Shown: positions 13,401 through 26,930 of the stretch, one piece after another
Position numbering within the stretch: the first letter of the stretch is position 1
How the letters are laid out: every line of letters starts with the position of its first letter
Assembly: GCA_030141605.1 (NCBI GenBank)
Contig: JAQGDQ010000379.1
Location: 124,001-188,000 of the forward strand
Length of the DNA: 64,000 nucleotides
Source: Tubiluchus corallicola
Lineage: Eukaryota > Animalia > Priapulida
Direction: 5' to 3'
Translations under genes and position numbers: made by a program
Notes under the pieces: generated by a model
Told to the model about the DNA's origin: nothing
Databases searched by the model: none
The model's input: the letters and a program-made list of their open reading frames with translations, nothing else

Positions 13401-16400
13401 TAATAAATACTTAATCACAAATGCTTAATTTTACCATAAGCATCGAAAAAGTGGCCAAGAAAAAGAAATCAATCAAAAACAAACCAAGTATTAACAGAAA
13501 CATAAACGCCATAATAATACGCAGATAATTCTTAATTAAAAGGATTGGAAAAATGAATAGAAAATCCCAAAATTTCACATATTAAATTTTGTATTTATAA
13601 ATGTCGTCAACAATTATATCATATACGAATATCAACACAAGATGTACATTACACATGAGGTTGTACTTTTAACGGACCTAAAACGCCACTAATACAATGG
13701 TGGAAATGCGATTGAAACATATCAACACCAATGCATTGGCATGTAGGAGTAAATACAACTATTAAAAGTACGTAAAACTAAGTCAGTCTACATCAACACA
13801 AACAAATGCACAATAAGATGTTTCCATAACAAATGGGTTAGCCCAACATCTTTTATACACAATAGCCTTTTATCATTTTAAATCTTAAAATGTGCTGGTG
13901 CTGCTGATACTATGTATCAAAGAAGTATTTCAATACACAAAGCAAAGAATACCAGCAAACAGCTGCCTTGCATTTTATAAAGGCATAACATTCAACAGCT
14001 TAACTCCTTAAACCTTGGACCAAGATTCACATGTTTCACCAAATGGAAGAAATCTGAATTATTTATTGTTGCAGTATTGATTTTACTACTCAACTATAAG
14101 TAAAACGAGCATCAAAATTTTGCAACGGTTAGACTAACTTGGTTTTACTATCGGAGGCTGTACCAGCAGCTTTATACAGTTCGGCCACTTACAATATAGC
14201 TGCAGAAAAGCTCTCAAGTCATGTGTAATTATATATAGTATTGGCCATTCAATTCCTCTCGGAGGAATCCACGGTTCTTCATTTACATCTAGATATTTAC
14301 AGCAGATTTTATACAAGCTTCTACGGTCCTCTCAGAACTGCTTCTCAAGAGTCTTCTTTTAGGACCAGTTGCTCTTTTAACGTCAGTGCACGTTCTTAGT
14401 ATGGTCTCTATATCACATAATTTTGTGCTATGTTATTACATGTACAGGACGTTCCAAAAGAAAGAGTATCGTAAATTTGGACTTCCGCATTATGACAACA
14501 TGATGACATAAAAATACGTCATTATTCCAATTTTCTTTCAATATAACTTGGTATGACCATACTTTTGGATCTTGCATGGTGTAATACTAGTAAACTTTTA
14601 CGATTTCTTAGTGCACTGACTGACATGTAACATGTATTACAATGTAACTGTTATTTGTACTGTAATGTAACGAATGACTTTGTACTGCAATAGCTGCAAA
14701 ATGGTTATTTTTGTTTGCAAAATAATAAATTCACTCCACTTCGCTTAACTGGACTGGAACAACCTAAGACTGTTTTACAGTTGAATACAACTGTCACAGA
14801 TGTTTCTTGTGTTTTATTTTCAAATTGACTTCATAAAAATATTAGTTGTTCCACTATTTGTAAAAGCTCTGCCTGGAAAGATGAAACAGTTAAATTTTTA
14901 TAATTATAGCCTCGTATAAGCAAAACAAACCAACGTTTACATCAAATAGCTATAACTAAGGCAAAAGTTAAATTACTGCAGATTCGCTTATGCATTGATT
15001 ATTATGATAATACACATGAAAATTTGAAAACCATCTGCACCATCTGTAGTAGTCTCCTTTACTTATAAATCATGCAACAGTTACTGTAATTACTGTACAA
15101 CATGTTAATACTATATTGTATTCTGCCGTGTGTAGATTCGTATGAGCAGTTAGAAATTAGAATATTGTATGAAGTATAAAAGTATGACAGTATAAAATAT
15201 CTACTGTATTATTAATTGTCCTATTTCTTGCTCACTAATAATTTTGCTACAGTTATGCATTACCCAGGGATTGCGGGGTAGCAAAAGAAATACTAAAGCA
15301 TGATTTTGTGGTCCTAAAATGAAGAGTTTATTGTAACATTATGTTGTCGATACGAAGTTCTCTACGCTAAGGTATTGTGCGTAGCTATTACAGGATCAAA
15401 CATTTTAAGTAAAAAACCTAACTTTAAAAATAGTTACTGCATCTAAAAAGTAACCTCAACGACTCTTTATTTTTAAGCTAAATATTTAACCAAAAAATAC
15501 AGTTTGTGAATATGTGCCGAATTCGTATTTCTACTTACGTTTCATGACAGAAACAAAGTTTATCAATATGGCTGACTATGCTTAATAATTTGAACAGTAA
15601 AGCAGTGAAGCATTGTTCATAAAAGCTATTTACTCTATAAGAAATTCAAAACAACACAACCTGTAAAAGAGTACAAGAGTTACGGTACGTATACTGCATG
15701 ACTTTGGTTCTTTCAGAAATCCTGGAGTGTGAGCATTCATTTTAGAAACATTGAAATCAGCTGCTTGTTATATCATGATCTATTAGTGATCGTCGATTTG
15801 TCACTTCTCAGCAGAGTAACCATGCACATTGTTTTTAGGGAAACTATGCTTACAGATATCAACATGCGGCGACGGTAACAGCGGCGAAAACGCCGTAATT
15901 TATTCAGGTGGCCGTATCACGTGACAACTTGTACGAACGAAAAGGTTTTTTACTGCTCGTATTAATAATTTGTAAAGAAAAATCTTCCAGGTAAAATTTC
16001 TCTTCCAATGTTTGTCGTTTTATCCTAAAGGAAAACCGGACCCAATCAAAACAATCCACCCTATAGAATATTGAAAAGGAACTTAGTATTTTTTCAAAAG
16101 TGACTTGCGTGAAAGAACTATTACCACAGAATGGTAACAAACACGTTCGCGCGGCTACATCTTTACTGTTACGTACATTTCGCCAATAGCTAGTTAGATA
16201 AGTACTAGCACCTGCATCTTGAAAACGCGTTACGCAAAAAACAGACGATGTATCTCTCAGTTTAAAGGTATTCAGTTGTGACGTAGTACACATGCGTTCA
16301 AGAGCTCATGCGTGAGCAAAGCAGTAAAGTTGAAATCTGAACTTTAAATTTAAAATTTGCGGAGTTTTTGTACATGACAATAAACGATGTACACTGTACT

Positions 16401-17119
16401 TCAATTATCGCTTTTGCAAACACATGCAACACGCTCTTGGAATGCTTGTGCTGTTGAAAATTAAGTTCAGTTATGATGTCATCACCTGAACCCATCACGA
16501 GCTGGGCTCGCCTGTCGTTAATTAAGTTTTTAACCAAATATTTACCAGAAATGCTTTGGTAATATTATAGTATATGTATACTTTTTACCATATTTCAAAA
16601 TGGGATGTGGCACGAAAAATCAGCCTGTTTTCCTTTAATTATTACCTAAACAACTTAATCTGTAACGCATTATTATCGCATTTAGGATATGACTGTGTGT
16701 ACGATGCGTAATCCGTATTCATTCGAACGTTATCGCTATCATCCTAATACGCATCACGCAGCATTACGCAAACTGTAAGCCACCCTTACCTAGGTGATTT
16801 TCGCTGATTGGCCTTCTAATCAGGTGAGTTCTGGTCACTTCAGGACCTACACAATAATATTTCTTACATTTGAATTTGGAGACATAGAAAAAGAGTATAA
16901 TTGTGTTATGCATCTAGTTGCAATTCTTTCACTAAACAGTCGTCCGCGGAATAATGTTCTCTCAACTGTAAAAAATGTTCTGTACGCAAAACAAGTTTGT
17001 TCATGCACATAGCGCACACAGACACATGGAGACAGTCAATACACATCACGCATTACAGATCACGGATCACACATCACGAAGTCCTGCCTTCATCAGCGAA
17101 AAAAGTTGCTCAAAAAATT

Positions 17120-17640
17120 GCCCTACCGCACTATCGCATCTGTCGCAGTTACCGCAATTTTTGACCTGCAGACTACAGTTACTTTTGGCGGAGATGGGTT
17201 CGAGATAGCTACAAAAACATTGTTCAAAAGAGATAATACACCATTCGTCTGAGCCACGTTTTTTGAAACATCAAAAACCCGTATGTTCAAATTACTACGT
17301 GTCACGATAACCTGTATGTAAATGACTTTAACTTAATGTTGTTGTGTTAAAATGTCTTATGTGTCCAAAACACATGCCTAATGTCTAAATAATCCCTGTG
17401 TACAAAATAACCTGTGTCCAAATTACCTTGTGTCCCACATAAGAATTACGTGTCCAAAAACCTAGTTTCCAAACGTCGTAGGTGTCCAAATTACTTTGTG
17501 TCCAAAATGCCTAGTGTCTGTGTCCAAATAACAAATTACCTTGTGTGTAAAAAAGACCCATTCGTCCAAACTGCCTATGTCCAAATAGCCTATATGTTCA
17601 ACTAAAATCTTCTGTGTCCAAACAACCTGTGAACGCCTAA
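17120..17640 (+). mobile_element. Interspersed repeat with internal (TGTCCAAAT)-type tandem array, copy 1
   Basis: Shares ctgtcgca...gacctgcagactacagttac...gataataca with 39120-39310 and has repeated tgtccaaa motifs. Confidence 0.6.
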
Positions 17641-18214
17641 AAATTGTAACTGAATATTTTGTATTTTGCATCGCGTTTCAAAAATGTGGCGTTGGAACGC
17701 TTAAATTCCAATGTTAAATAGGGAAGCTCAAACAAATGACAAACTAGTACACATTCAAAAAACGTCAATGAGACTTTCCACGCGCTGTAAGTCTGCAGCC
17801 AATCACAAAATGGACAAACTGAATCTATCAACTTGTCAAGAGACAATGTTTGAAGACGTCTGAAGCTACATTTCAACATTAATGAATTGATTCGTCTAGA
17901 GCAAATACACTAGCTGGCATGGCCAATCTGCCCTCTTATCCAATTCACTGCTAATCCTACCTTGTACTAATTAACTGTGCAGCAAACTAAATATATGCGC
18001 TGGCTTCTTCAAACGGCTAGTCATTGTAAAAAGAATTCAGTAGCCGTTAATAATTACATTACAACATGCAGAGAGCTTATACTAAGCAGGTAATCCATAA
18101 AGTACTAAAGAAACAGGCAATATTCTGTGTGGAATGGTAGCGAATCTTGAATTAACATTTCCACGTTTATTTGTTTCACGTTAGTACCTCAAAAATCTAG
18201 AGATCCTCTCTCCA

Positions 18215-18810
18215 TGAGCGGAAAAACGTGGGCTCGAGTTCGGGTGAACGATGCGAAAAAAATTTCAGACTTTGTAATATAGTATTGCTTTCGTGAATTT
18301 ATAAGTTGATCTCATACTATGTCTTGAGTGAATTCAGGCGTCTTAGTGGTGTTAATGGCTAACATCATTGCAGGAAAATAGAAAGTCTTGGACCCGAGTC
18401 CCAGTGGAGTTGCAAAATTTTGTAAATTATTATTGCTTTAGTGCGTTTACAGGCTTAACCTCGCACTATGTCTTCAGTAAATTTCTCTAAGTCACGAGTC
18501 TTTAGGGTGAAACAGTTAGCAAAAATGCACAAAAAGCAGAAGATCTAAGGTTTGAATCGCATTGGAGATGCAAAATTTTTCAGCCTTTTTTATTTAGTAT
18601 TGCTTCCATGCACTTATTGGCTTAGAACACAAAGCATTCACATTTTCCAAATGGGTTTTAATTTTTAAGTCTGAAATAAAAGTATGAATTTAAATTGCAA
18701 TTAAACGTCAATGCCTTTGTGGTGTAATGGTTAGCATAGCTGCCTATAAGGTTTTATGTTCGAATAGCAGTGGAGGTATAAAAATTTTCAAATACTTTCG
18801 TGCATTTACT
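18215..18810 (+). mobile_element. Tandem array of about 4 tRNA-derived SINE copies (about 150-200 bp spacing)
   Basis: Repeated A-box (gtggtgtaatggttagc) and B-box (gttcgaat/ccgagtccc) heads, each followed by tgcaaaattttt...attgctttcgtgc. Copies start at about 18215, 18338, 18497 and 18712. Confidence 0.7.
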
Positions 18811-18919
18811 TTGCAGGTTTCCCCTTTCTGATAGCATCAAGCATCAATTTTTACACAAACATATGTTTTAGTTTAATTACTCTGAATGCTGCTAATATGT
18901 GTGATGGTAATAATGTCAC

Positions 18920-18920
<1 letters not shown>

Positions 18921-18952
<32 letters not shown>

Positions 18953-18974
18953 AAAATGATGCTGGAGATGATGA

Positions 18975-19027
<53 letters not shown>

Positions 19028-19130
19028 GATGATGATGAAAATAATGATGCTGGAGATAATGATCATGATCATGATGATGATGATGATGATCATGGTCATG
19101 ATGATCATGATGATGATAATGATGATGATA
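18921..19130. repeat. (GAT)n microsatellite
   Basis: Long gat tract; explains the poly-M/D/I ORFs. Confidence 0.95.
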
Positions 19131-19224
19131 ATCAGTGACTGTAAGAAAATAATGATTGTGGTATCACTAATGTAACAGTGATGATGCTCATATAAGACAA
19201 TGATGATCGTGACTCTATTAACTC

Positions 19225-19365
19225 GTGATACAGATCAATAAACGCACGAAAGCAACACTATTATGAAAAAGACGGAAAAATTTTGCACTCCACTAGGACT
19301 CGAATCCAACAGCCTCTGCTTTCCGGTCAGCTGTGCTAACCATTACACCACAAAGATACTCAGAC
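19225..19365 (-). mobile_element. tRNA-derived SINE, best preserved copy
   Basis: Reverse complement reads tctttgtggtgtaatggttagcacagctgaccggaaagcagaggctgttggattcgagtcctagtggagtgcaaaattttt. A and B boxes are present but the cloverleaf is not intact. Confidence 0.7.
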
Positions 19366-22300
19366 TCAGAAACTTACACTGTAAGCCGCTAGAGAAATAA
19401 GCCATTAAAGACAAAACCGTGCAATTCTAACACCTTTCCTCTAACTTTGTCTGAAAGTGTTTTAAGCGAAACAAATTTTTGCTTTTTCCAAACAAGTGTT
19501 AAAAACCTGACTTCATTCAGATACTACAGTCAAAACCAGGCGATTGCTTGAAACAGCCGCCTGAAAACGTTTCATTTTATGAATGCACAAGAAAACTAGT
19601 ATTAGCCACTAGCAATTTCTGCAGAGGATTATGCTGTAAAGGCATGCGCCTGTTTCATCTAAGCAATTAGCGACATATAAGCCTATAGGATTAATTGTAA
19701 GACCCTCCTGAGAGAGGATAATCCTATGCAAAAGTATGCGGCGGCGTCTTAGCAAATGAACTATGATCGAGGAGAATAGAGTATACAGTCAGCTTCCAGC
19801 AATGCAGCAACTAAATGATTTACGAATGCCGTAATTAATAAGCTTCGTGTTAAGCGTTTGTTTTTTATCTGAGGCGAACTGAAGACAGGAACAATTATTT
19901 TCAGACGTTTTTCAGTTTTTTTAATCCGCGAGCAGTGCGGATTCTAAGAGAACCCATGCTGATTTCTATTTTAATTTATGGATTTTCATCATGCCAGCCA
20001 CGATTTTTCGCAGGCTTTTAATTCACATGTGCTCGCAAATTCATAGGCTAAAGGTAGTAGGGCCATAGACAATGATATCGTCAATAGTGACCTCGGTCAA
20101 ACGGTCAAGAACACAAGACATCGACGATGCCACGAAAATGATGATGATTATGATGATGGCAAATAGTGATGACGAGGACAGCAAAAAACAATAACAGTCG
20201 CAAAACTTACAAGGTAGACACCCGGAGAAGATGCTCAGACAATGGTACCATTAAGAAGTTGGGGTCCTTAAAGGTCCAAGATAGGAGCTAAAACGTGAAA
20301 ATTACGCAAACTGCTCATTCACACAAGTCAACCGCAGTGTACCAGGCATGGACAAGTGACAAACACTGTCTTGCTCATGGGTTTGGATATGAATTCATTT
20401 CGTTCTTTTTCAAAGACTGTAAGATGTAGAGTTCGGTCGAGTGATGCACTGCAGTAGAACTCGGTCGATCCTTTTATTTTTTGAAGGCTCCAACTAAGTT
20501 ATTGTTTTTTTTTTTGTTTATCTTATTTATCTATTCATTCTTTCATGCACACTTATTCGTTTGTCTAAGAAAGTACAGTTTTTAAAAAAAAACTGTCAGC
20601 CCATCAGATCAACATACTACGATGCTAAATCAATCAATTACATACTTTTCTACTTATTCCTGTCAAAGAACACTACCGCCACACATTGATTATCACTTTG
20701 AATTAAGAAAATGGTCAAACAAGAGCACAAACGTGCACAGAGTATGAACTATCAAACAGGCGCACAAGAAGGAAGCCTGTAGTTCCCACAGCTGTCAAGA
20801 CGTCTCAAACTCTGTCCTGTTTTTACTTCGTAAGTCTGTTTCCTAGGTTAGATACGTGCTAACAGTTAGAAGCATAAAACGCCACAGCCTAGGCAAGTTT
20901 TCCGGGATCTTTTTACATGGGAAACATATTTTATTCAAAGGTTAATGAATCCAGACAGTGTGGAAACATACAGCATTTCCACGTTAAATTTATCAGCCAG
21001 TTCAGTTACCTTCCACATTTTAGTGGCGAGTTCACACACAAGACGGCAAAGGCATCAAACAATCCTAATGAGCTAGTATTGAATCCAAACCTCTTTTGAT
21101 GTAAGTAGAATGGTCTGATATGCTGAGCGTATAACTCTAAATACACTAGTTCAAAGTCAGGCTGAGCGATTTTTTGACCACATTTGCGTTTAAAAATTTA
21201 TTAACATTAATCACTGTCAATTTATTCTAGTATTAATTAATAATCTTACCATTAAAATTGTAAATAACTATATTAATTACAAACAGACTATTTCTTGGTG
21301 AGTTAAATTTTCTGATGGACATTCATCTCATCCTAAGCTCAACATAAAAATTTTAATATAATTAATTTACATAACAAAAATTTTAATATAATTAATTTAT
21401 AATGTTAGCAGGAAAGGTGAATAATACTGGAACGCTGGTGAGCAAATAAGATTCAGAAACTGTCTTAATCACAGGTTACTGAGTGGCCTAGTGGTCTAAA
21501 ACTAATTACTCACAAGGCCCCTTGTACAAATCTATAGGTACACGATTCCATTTTTTCGTATTCATTTGAACTTATGTGGTAGTCCTATGTGGATTGATGT
21601 GATGATTCTACATGGATTCAACTTGCTGTTTAATGTACCTCAATAGCTTTTTAAAGGTTCAACTGTCCAGATTGCTTTTTCAGGCTTTTTTGAATTAGTA
21701 ACAGAAAAACAATACAAACTTTTATTCAAAAATTTCAAACTAAAACGATTCGAGTTCACTTCTGCTACATCATTAAATGAAAATTTTCTAAGCATCACTG
21801 CTTTAACTCATGCAACACTCTACATTAACTAAACACGAGGCAACAGCTAACAATGGAAAACGCAATCTAGACAGCTAATTAAAATTCACAATGTATATTA
21901 AAGTCCCATTAACTTGCGTAAATACTGCAGCGTGAACCAACACGCTTAATTAGTTACTCAGCGAGATGAGACATTTGTTACGAACGCAACTAATAGTATA
22001 CTTTCAGTGAAGTAAAGTTTGAGCTTTGAAGAACGTTTAAAATCAAGTACAAATTTTAGTGTACACTGTTTCTCTTTTATTTTAGAGCTTTTTTATTGTT
22101 ATAGGAATTTGTAACATTTTCTTGGCTGTCATCTGTTACTGTTCTTGTTATGTCTCGATGCGGTACGAAGAGCCGGATCCCTAAAAGTTAGTCACGTTGT
22201 TGTTGGTGTTGTTGCTGTCACATTTCTATGGTGAAAGCTACCACGGGTCACAGTTTCCACGCAGGATTTTGAAATTTTGGACAAAGATACTACGGACCAT

Positions 22301-23820
22301 TGCAAAGATCGTAACGAGCCCAATTTCTCACTTTCCCAATACGGCCCTCAAATGTGCCTTATACACTTATAGAAACCACAATAACTCTACAAGCAATGAC
22401 CAAGTAGGATATGCAGTCAAGCATGCTCCAAGCATGTTAGTGCTTCCAGTCTAGTTTATTATTGTTTCATATCAACAATATGACTGTCAGTTACGATAGT
22501 CAAAAAATAATGCTGCTGCTGCTGCGACTTCTAACACTATAACTTAAACTAGTAAATACAACATAAATACAGCGTAAATTGACTTGAACTAAACTGAATT
22601 GATCTCGAAATGAATTATTGTTCATATTTGCCTGCATGTACAGAAAATAATTTGTGTAATGTGTAAGCTGTATTTCATTTGATATACTATTACAACGATC
22701 ACAGAACAGAACTGAGGAGCCTACCAATTCCTCCCTGGGAAGCAAATGCCTCCCTCAGAGAAGCTCTGATACAGACATTTGAGATATAAAGAAGTTAATT
22801 AAACTAAATACAATAAGATGCATCTACAAAGTAACCGTCTATGCTTGCAAGTAAGAGCAAACACTATTACTAATTACGGCTACAATAAGAGCTCTCTATG
22901 AAATGCTGTAGAAAATGGAGCCTGATTAATTAACTTACTTCACTGCTTAATTAATCATAGATGAACTGTGAACTATATTTGACGCTAACATTTCAACCAG
23001 GGTTGCTAAACGTCTTTTCACTTGCACAGCTTCCGCGTATGCGTGGTGTATCATTCTCCTCAACCTATTTAAGTAAGAGAGATTAGGGAAGCCGTGTAAG
23101 TGCCTGAGTGCAACCTCCGTATATATAATAAAACAAGCGAAGCTAGAAAATCCTGCTGATCAGAACTTAAATCAACAGCTAACTTTATATAATTAGTTAC
23201 TCTACAAATAAGATAACGCCTATAAAAATACATGCAAACTTACTACTAAAACAAGAGAGTAGTGCACAAAGTTTATGAATACGCAGACTTAGCAATGTGT
23301 AAATATTATGTTGATTACATATAAAGGGTGTCTCAAAAGTCACTATAGACTTTTAGTTTTTACTTTTAATTTTTTTCCCATCTCAGCAAGCTCTGACATG
23401 AATCAAAAGGGGCCTTTGGCAATTCTTTTTTACTAACAACATTTATTACTATTATAATAATCCCTATTAACCCTATTAACATTAACCATCTCAGCAGCTG
23501 TGATATCCTATGAAATTACATAATTTTATAGATTCTCAGAAATTCCAAGTAAACGAATCTCAGTCAACCAGAACAGCACAGACTTAAATCCTTCATGTCT
23601 ACAAAGTGTCTTTCAGCATCGAGTTTTTCACGTCGTCAACTAGTTTAACACAAAAGTAAAATAACTAGAAAACTAAGTTATAGGCGGGTTTGTTTATCCA
23701 CTAAAAATCTTGTGGGTGTATTAAGCAGATTGCTATGACATGGCTGTCAAATGATTACAGGCATAACACTGGCAATTACAGGTGTAACAAGCGTAATAAT
23801 AGACCCATGGTAACTAAGAG

Positions 23821-23932
23821 TAACTAATTTAGTGAAATCCTATCACTAGGCGTAACTAATTTACTGCATTCCTGTAACTAGAAATAACTAATTTAGTGTA
23901 ATGCTGCAACTAGGAGTAACTAATTTAGTGTA
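23821..23932. repeat. 32-bp minisatellite, about 3.5 copies
   Basis: taactaattta recurs every 32 nt. Confidence 0.8.
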
Positions 23933-25311
23933 TGTATGTATGTATGTAGGTATTTATATTTGTACGTATGTAATGCTGTATGTATATTTTCGCTCTTAAT
24001 AGATGGCTTCATCATTTTTAATTCAGTTACAGATTAAATGTAAGTTAAGATTACAGTTTGTACACGATGTGCCTGAATTTAATGTATGAAAAATTGAACA
24101 CTGTTTACTTTTTGCAAATAAATATGATGCCAGAATTTAGATATGTGCTTTTACCATTAGCTGCTGTTTGTTGTAAATGTTACATTTTTTGTTATACCTT
24201 TTTTGATCAATCTTGCAAAGTAGATTTTGCACTCATATTGCACATTTGTATAAATTCCATATCTGTACTTCCAATGAAAGTAATTTTTATTGATTCAGCA
24301 GTTTTACTCCTGCTACTTTGTTACTAATCATATCCTAAAAACTTTTCACAGATACATCATTTAAAGATACTTCAACTCATAAAAACTGTATTATACAACA
24401 CCCTAGTAGCAATAGTGCTAACTTATACTGTAAGTTATTCTCTTCTGTTACGCTTAAAGCACTAGAATATGGCGGGTTAAATTTGACAACAGAATTACAG
24501 GACAATACTAATTGTAACTTTTGATGTTAAAAGCGTATTCCATTTCCAAGGAAATTATTAATACGATATGGCTAGCAAGCCGTTAACGCGGTCGAATACA
24601 TGAGCTAACAATATCGGTTCCAAAACGCACTTTAGTAAGCAAAACAAAACAAAGAAAATCTGGCCAGTGCAACAGCACGGGTAAGCGTAATAACAGTTCG
24701 CGAACGAAAATATGATGAATTGTTCATCAGAAAATTAAACTCACAGAGAAATACAGCATATCATTTATACAATCAACCTAGCTCCGTCACACTTTGAAGT
24801 CATAATCGCATCCTCACCTCTCCTGCTAGCAGAAACGCTTAGATTAATAAGTGAAAATTGATTTCGTCACAGTAGTTGGTAATTAGTGCAGAAGTGTATG
24901 ATCAATATCGTCAGATATTCACTTGATTACTTTACAGTAGTAGGTGATAAATTAAATTTATGCTATTTTCCCATGCTAATTCTGCATAAACAAATACATT
25001 TAGAAAATAGAAAATAAATTCTAAAGTATACAGCTTTAATTGGCTCACCCTTGACTATAGCTATAACAATGTTATACGTAAGGACCCAGGAAAACAATGA
25101 AAGGAGCAGTGAAAGTGATAAGAAAGTTGAAAAACCTAAAAATGAACTTGAAAAACACCATACTAACGAGCTGTTAAGACACTTATTTATACAATGCTTG
25201 TGGGAATAATAAAAGTAACAAGGTGTCCAATGTACAGTGAGTGCATTAAAGGGATGAGTGAAGAGAAAGAAATGTGCAATTCCAGACCACAAGCAACAAT
25301 TCTGGAGCAAA

Positions 25312-25683
25312 CAGGCCCACTTAGAGGGGGATCAGCCGGGGCAGCCCCACGAGTTTAGGAGGCCAACAAGCCCAATGAGAAAAAAAACGAGGGTGTATCT
25401 TGCGCAAGCCAAACAAAATAAAATGTGGGGTTGCAAACCAAAACCATCCATAAGTCGACATAGTTAAAACTACATTATTCTGCTTCAAAGTAAAATGCAC
25501 AAAAAATTCTGTCAAACATCAATTTTTTGTTTTTATAACTGTACTTGTATATTTGTTTTGTACTGATTCCTTGCTTATGAAACACTGTGGTGGACTTAGT
25601 TTGAGTATCATTGTTCGGAGAATTAGAAGAAGGGGCCAAGTTTTATTTTGCCCTGGGGCCCAAAAATTCTCTTGGTGGCCCAG
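25312..25683. mobile_element. MITE (non-autonomous DNA transposon, hAT-like)
   Basis: Imperfect terminal inverted repeats caggcccacttagag / ctcttggtggcccag with ggggccc subterminal motifs. Confidence 0.45.
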
Positions 25684-26353
25684 AGCAAAAAATGGAGTAC
25701 AAGTACACTTAGAGGTAACAACTCAGTCTAAAGTGGACAAGGATGCAAAAGACTTGGATTCAGGTCAGTTGTAAAATATCAGGGTGCAAATTTGCAACAG
25801 AGCTAAATTAACGACAGTGCAATATTATTGTGAATCCAGGGATTAAACAGCATTGGCAATTACAAACTACAAGTTACAACGCAAGAAGAGTAAAACTGTT
25901 GAATTAGAACAAAAGAAAAGCAAAGTCAAAAATAAAACTGACTCTGGAAATGCAGACCCAGAATTAATGTAAATTTGTAACAACGGTGCAAGATTTGCTT
26001 TCAAAAATTCGTCTAAAAAGCAAATGTAATCAAGAATATTACAGTTACCATAAACATTAGCTAATGAAAAAAACTAAATTTCCAAATTCCAGTGTCATAT
26101 ATTATTAGCAAAAAGTAAAAGAGTGCTCAACCTCAAGCATACAAAACTCAGTTACATAGTAATTTGTGTAACTTGCAATTGAAATTTTGGGTAGCTAGGT
26201 TAAACTTCAATAAAGCTCTGTTTCTCATCTTATTTCAGCAAATAAGTCTAACACACAAGTCTAAAGCTTTATTAAGTTTAGCAAGTTAAGGGTAGCATTC
26301 GGTGGCCTTACTTTCTGTATAATCATCATTCAGAAAATCCCCAAATCATCCCC

Positions 26354-26415
26354 AACATTGTATTTTACATCACGAACATTGTATTTTACATCACGAACAT
26401 TGTATTTTACATCAC
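26354..26415. repeat. 21-bp tandem repeat, 3 copies
   Basis: aacattgtattttacatcacg repeated. Confidence 0.9.
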
Positions 26416-26459
26416 CAGCATTTCAATCATGACACATACAGTTTGTTGATCCTTCACTT

Positions 26460-26930
26460 TCATAGTCACAAACGTAAGTCTTCCTATATAAGTACTTCTT
26501 GTATTATCCACTTGGATATCATTATCAAGTTCACCAAGATGTATTCTTCATAAATCCATGATTTTGTCATCTGGCTTGGGTTCTTTTGGACATGCATATT
26601 TTTTGTACTAGGTACTGTAATAGTTCCGCTCTCTATTTGATGCTTCGTTTTTCTATTATTCTTGCCATATAAGCTGCTAAGTACTCAAAAGTGGTGAGTT
26701 ATTGCTGCAGAGATTCCAAATCAGAACTAATGCTTCTATACCATTCTCACAAGTACCACTTTGGTACACTGTATAACCCTCACTATCTGTAGCACTTATG
26801 AATTCCTCTACATGCATTTCCTCTATGATGATGGAATGTTCTTTTACACTCGTACACTCACCATCTATTGGAGACCGCATCGTAAAATTTGCCAAATTTA
26901 GTATCGAAATGTCCAACACCTATACAATGC
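26460..26930 (-). mobile_element. Decayed LINE apurinic endonuclease fragment (RTE-like)
   Basis: LDISIL...EGYTVYQSG and a frameshifted DDKI..YEE resemble RTE APE motifs; stops and frameshifts present. Confidence 0.4.

Noticed and set aside
18851-19175. Poly-M/D/I ORFs (similarly 6262-6558, 8702-8884, 44466-44687, 59397-59856)
   Set aside because: Translations of trinucleotide microsatellites.
19278-19362. tRNA gene
   Set aside because: A and B boxes are present but the acceptor and anticodon stems do not pair; it is part of a repeated SINE.
25080-25210. Purine-rich plus-strand frame (TQENNERSSESDKKVEKPK...) as a nested exon
   Set aside because: No good splice sites or recognisable domain, and it ends in a stop.
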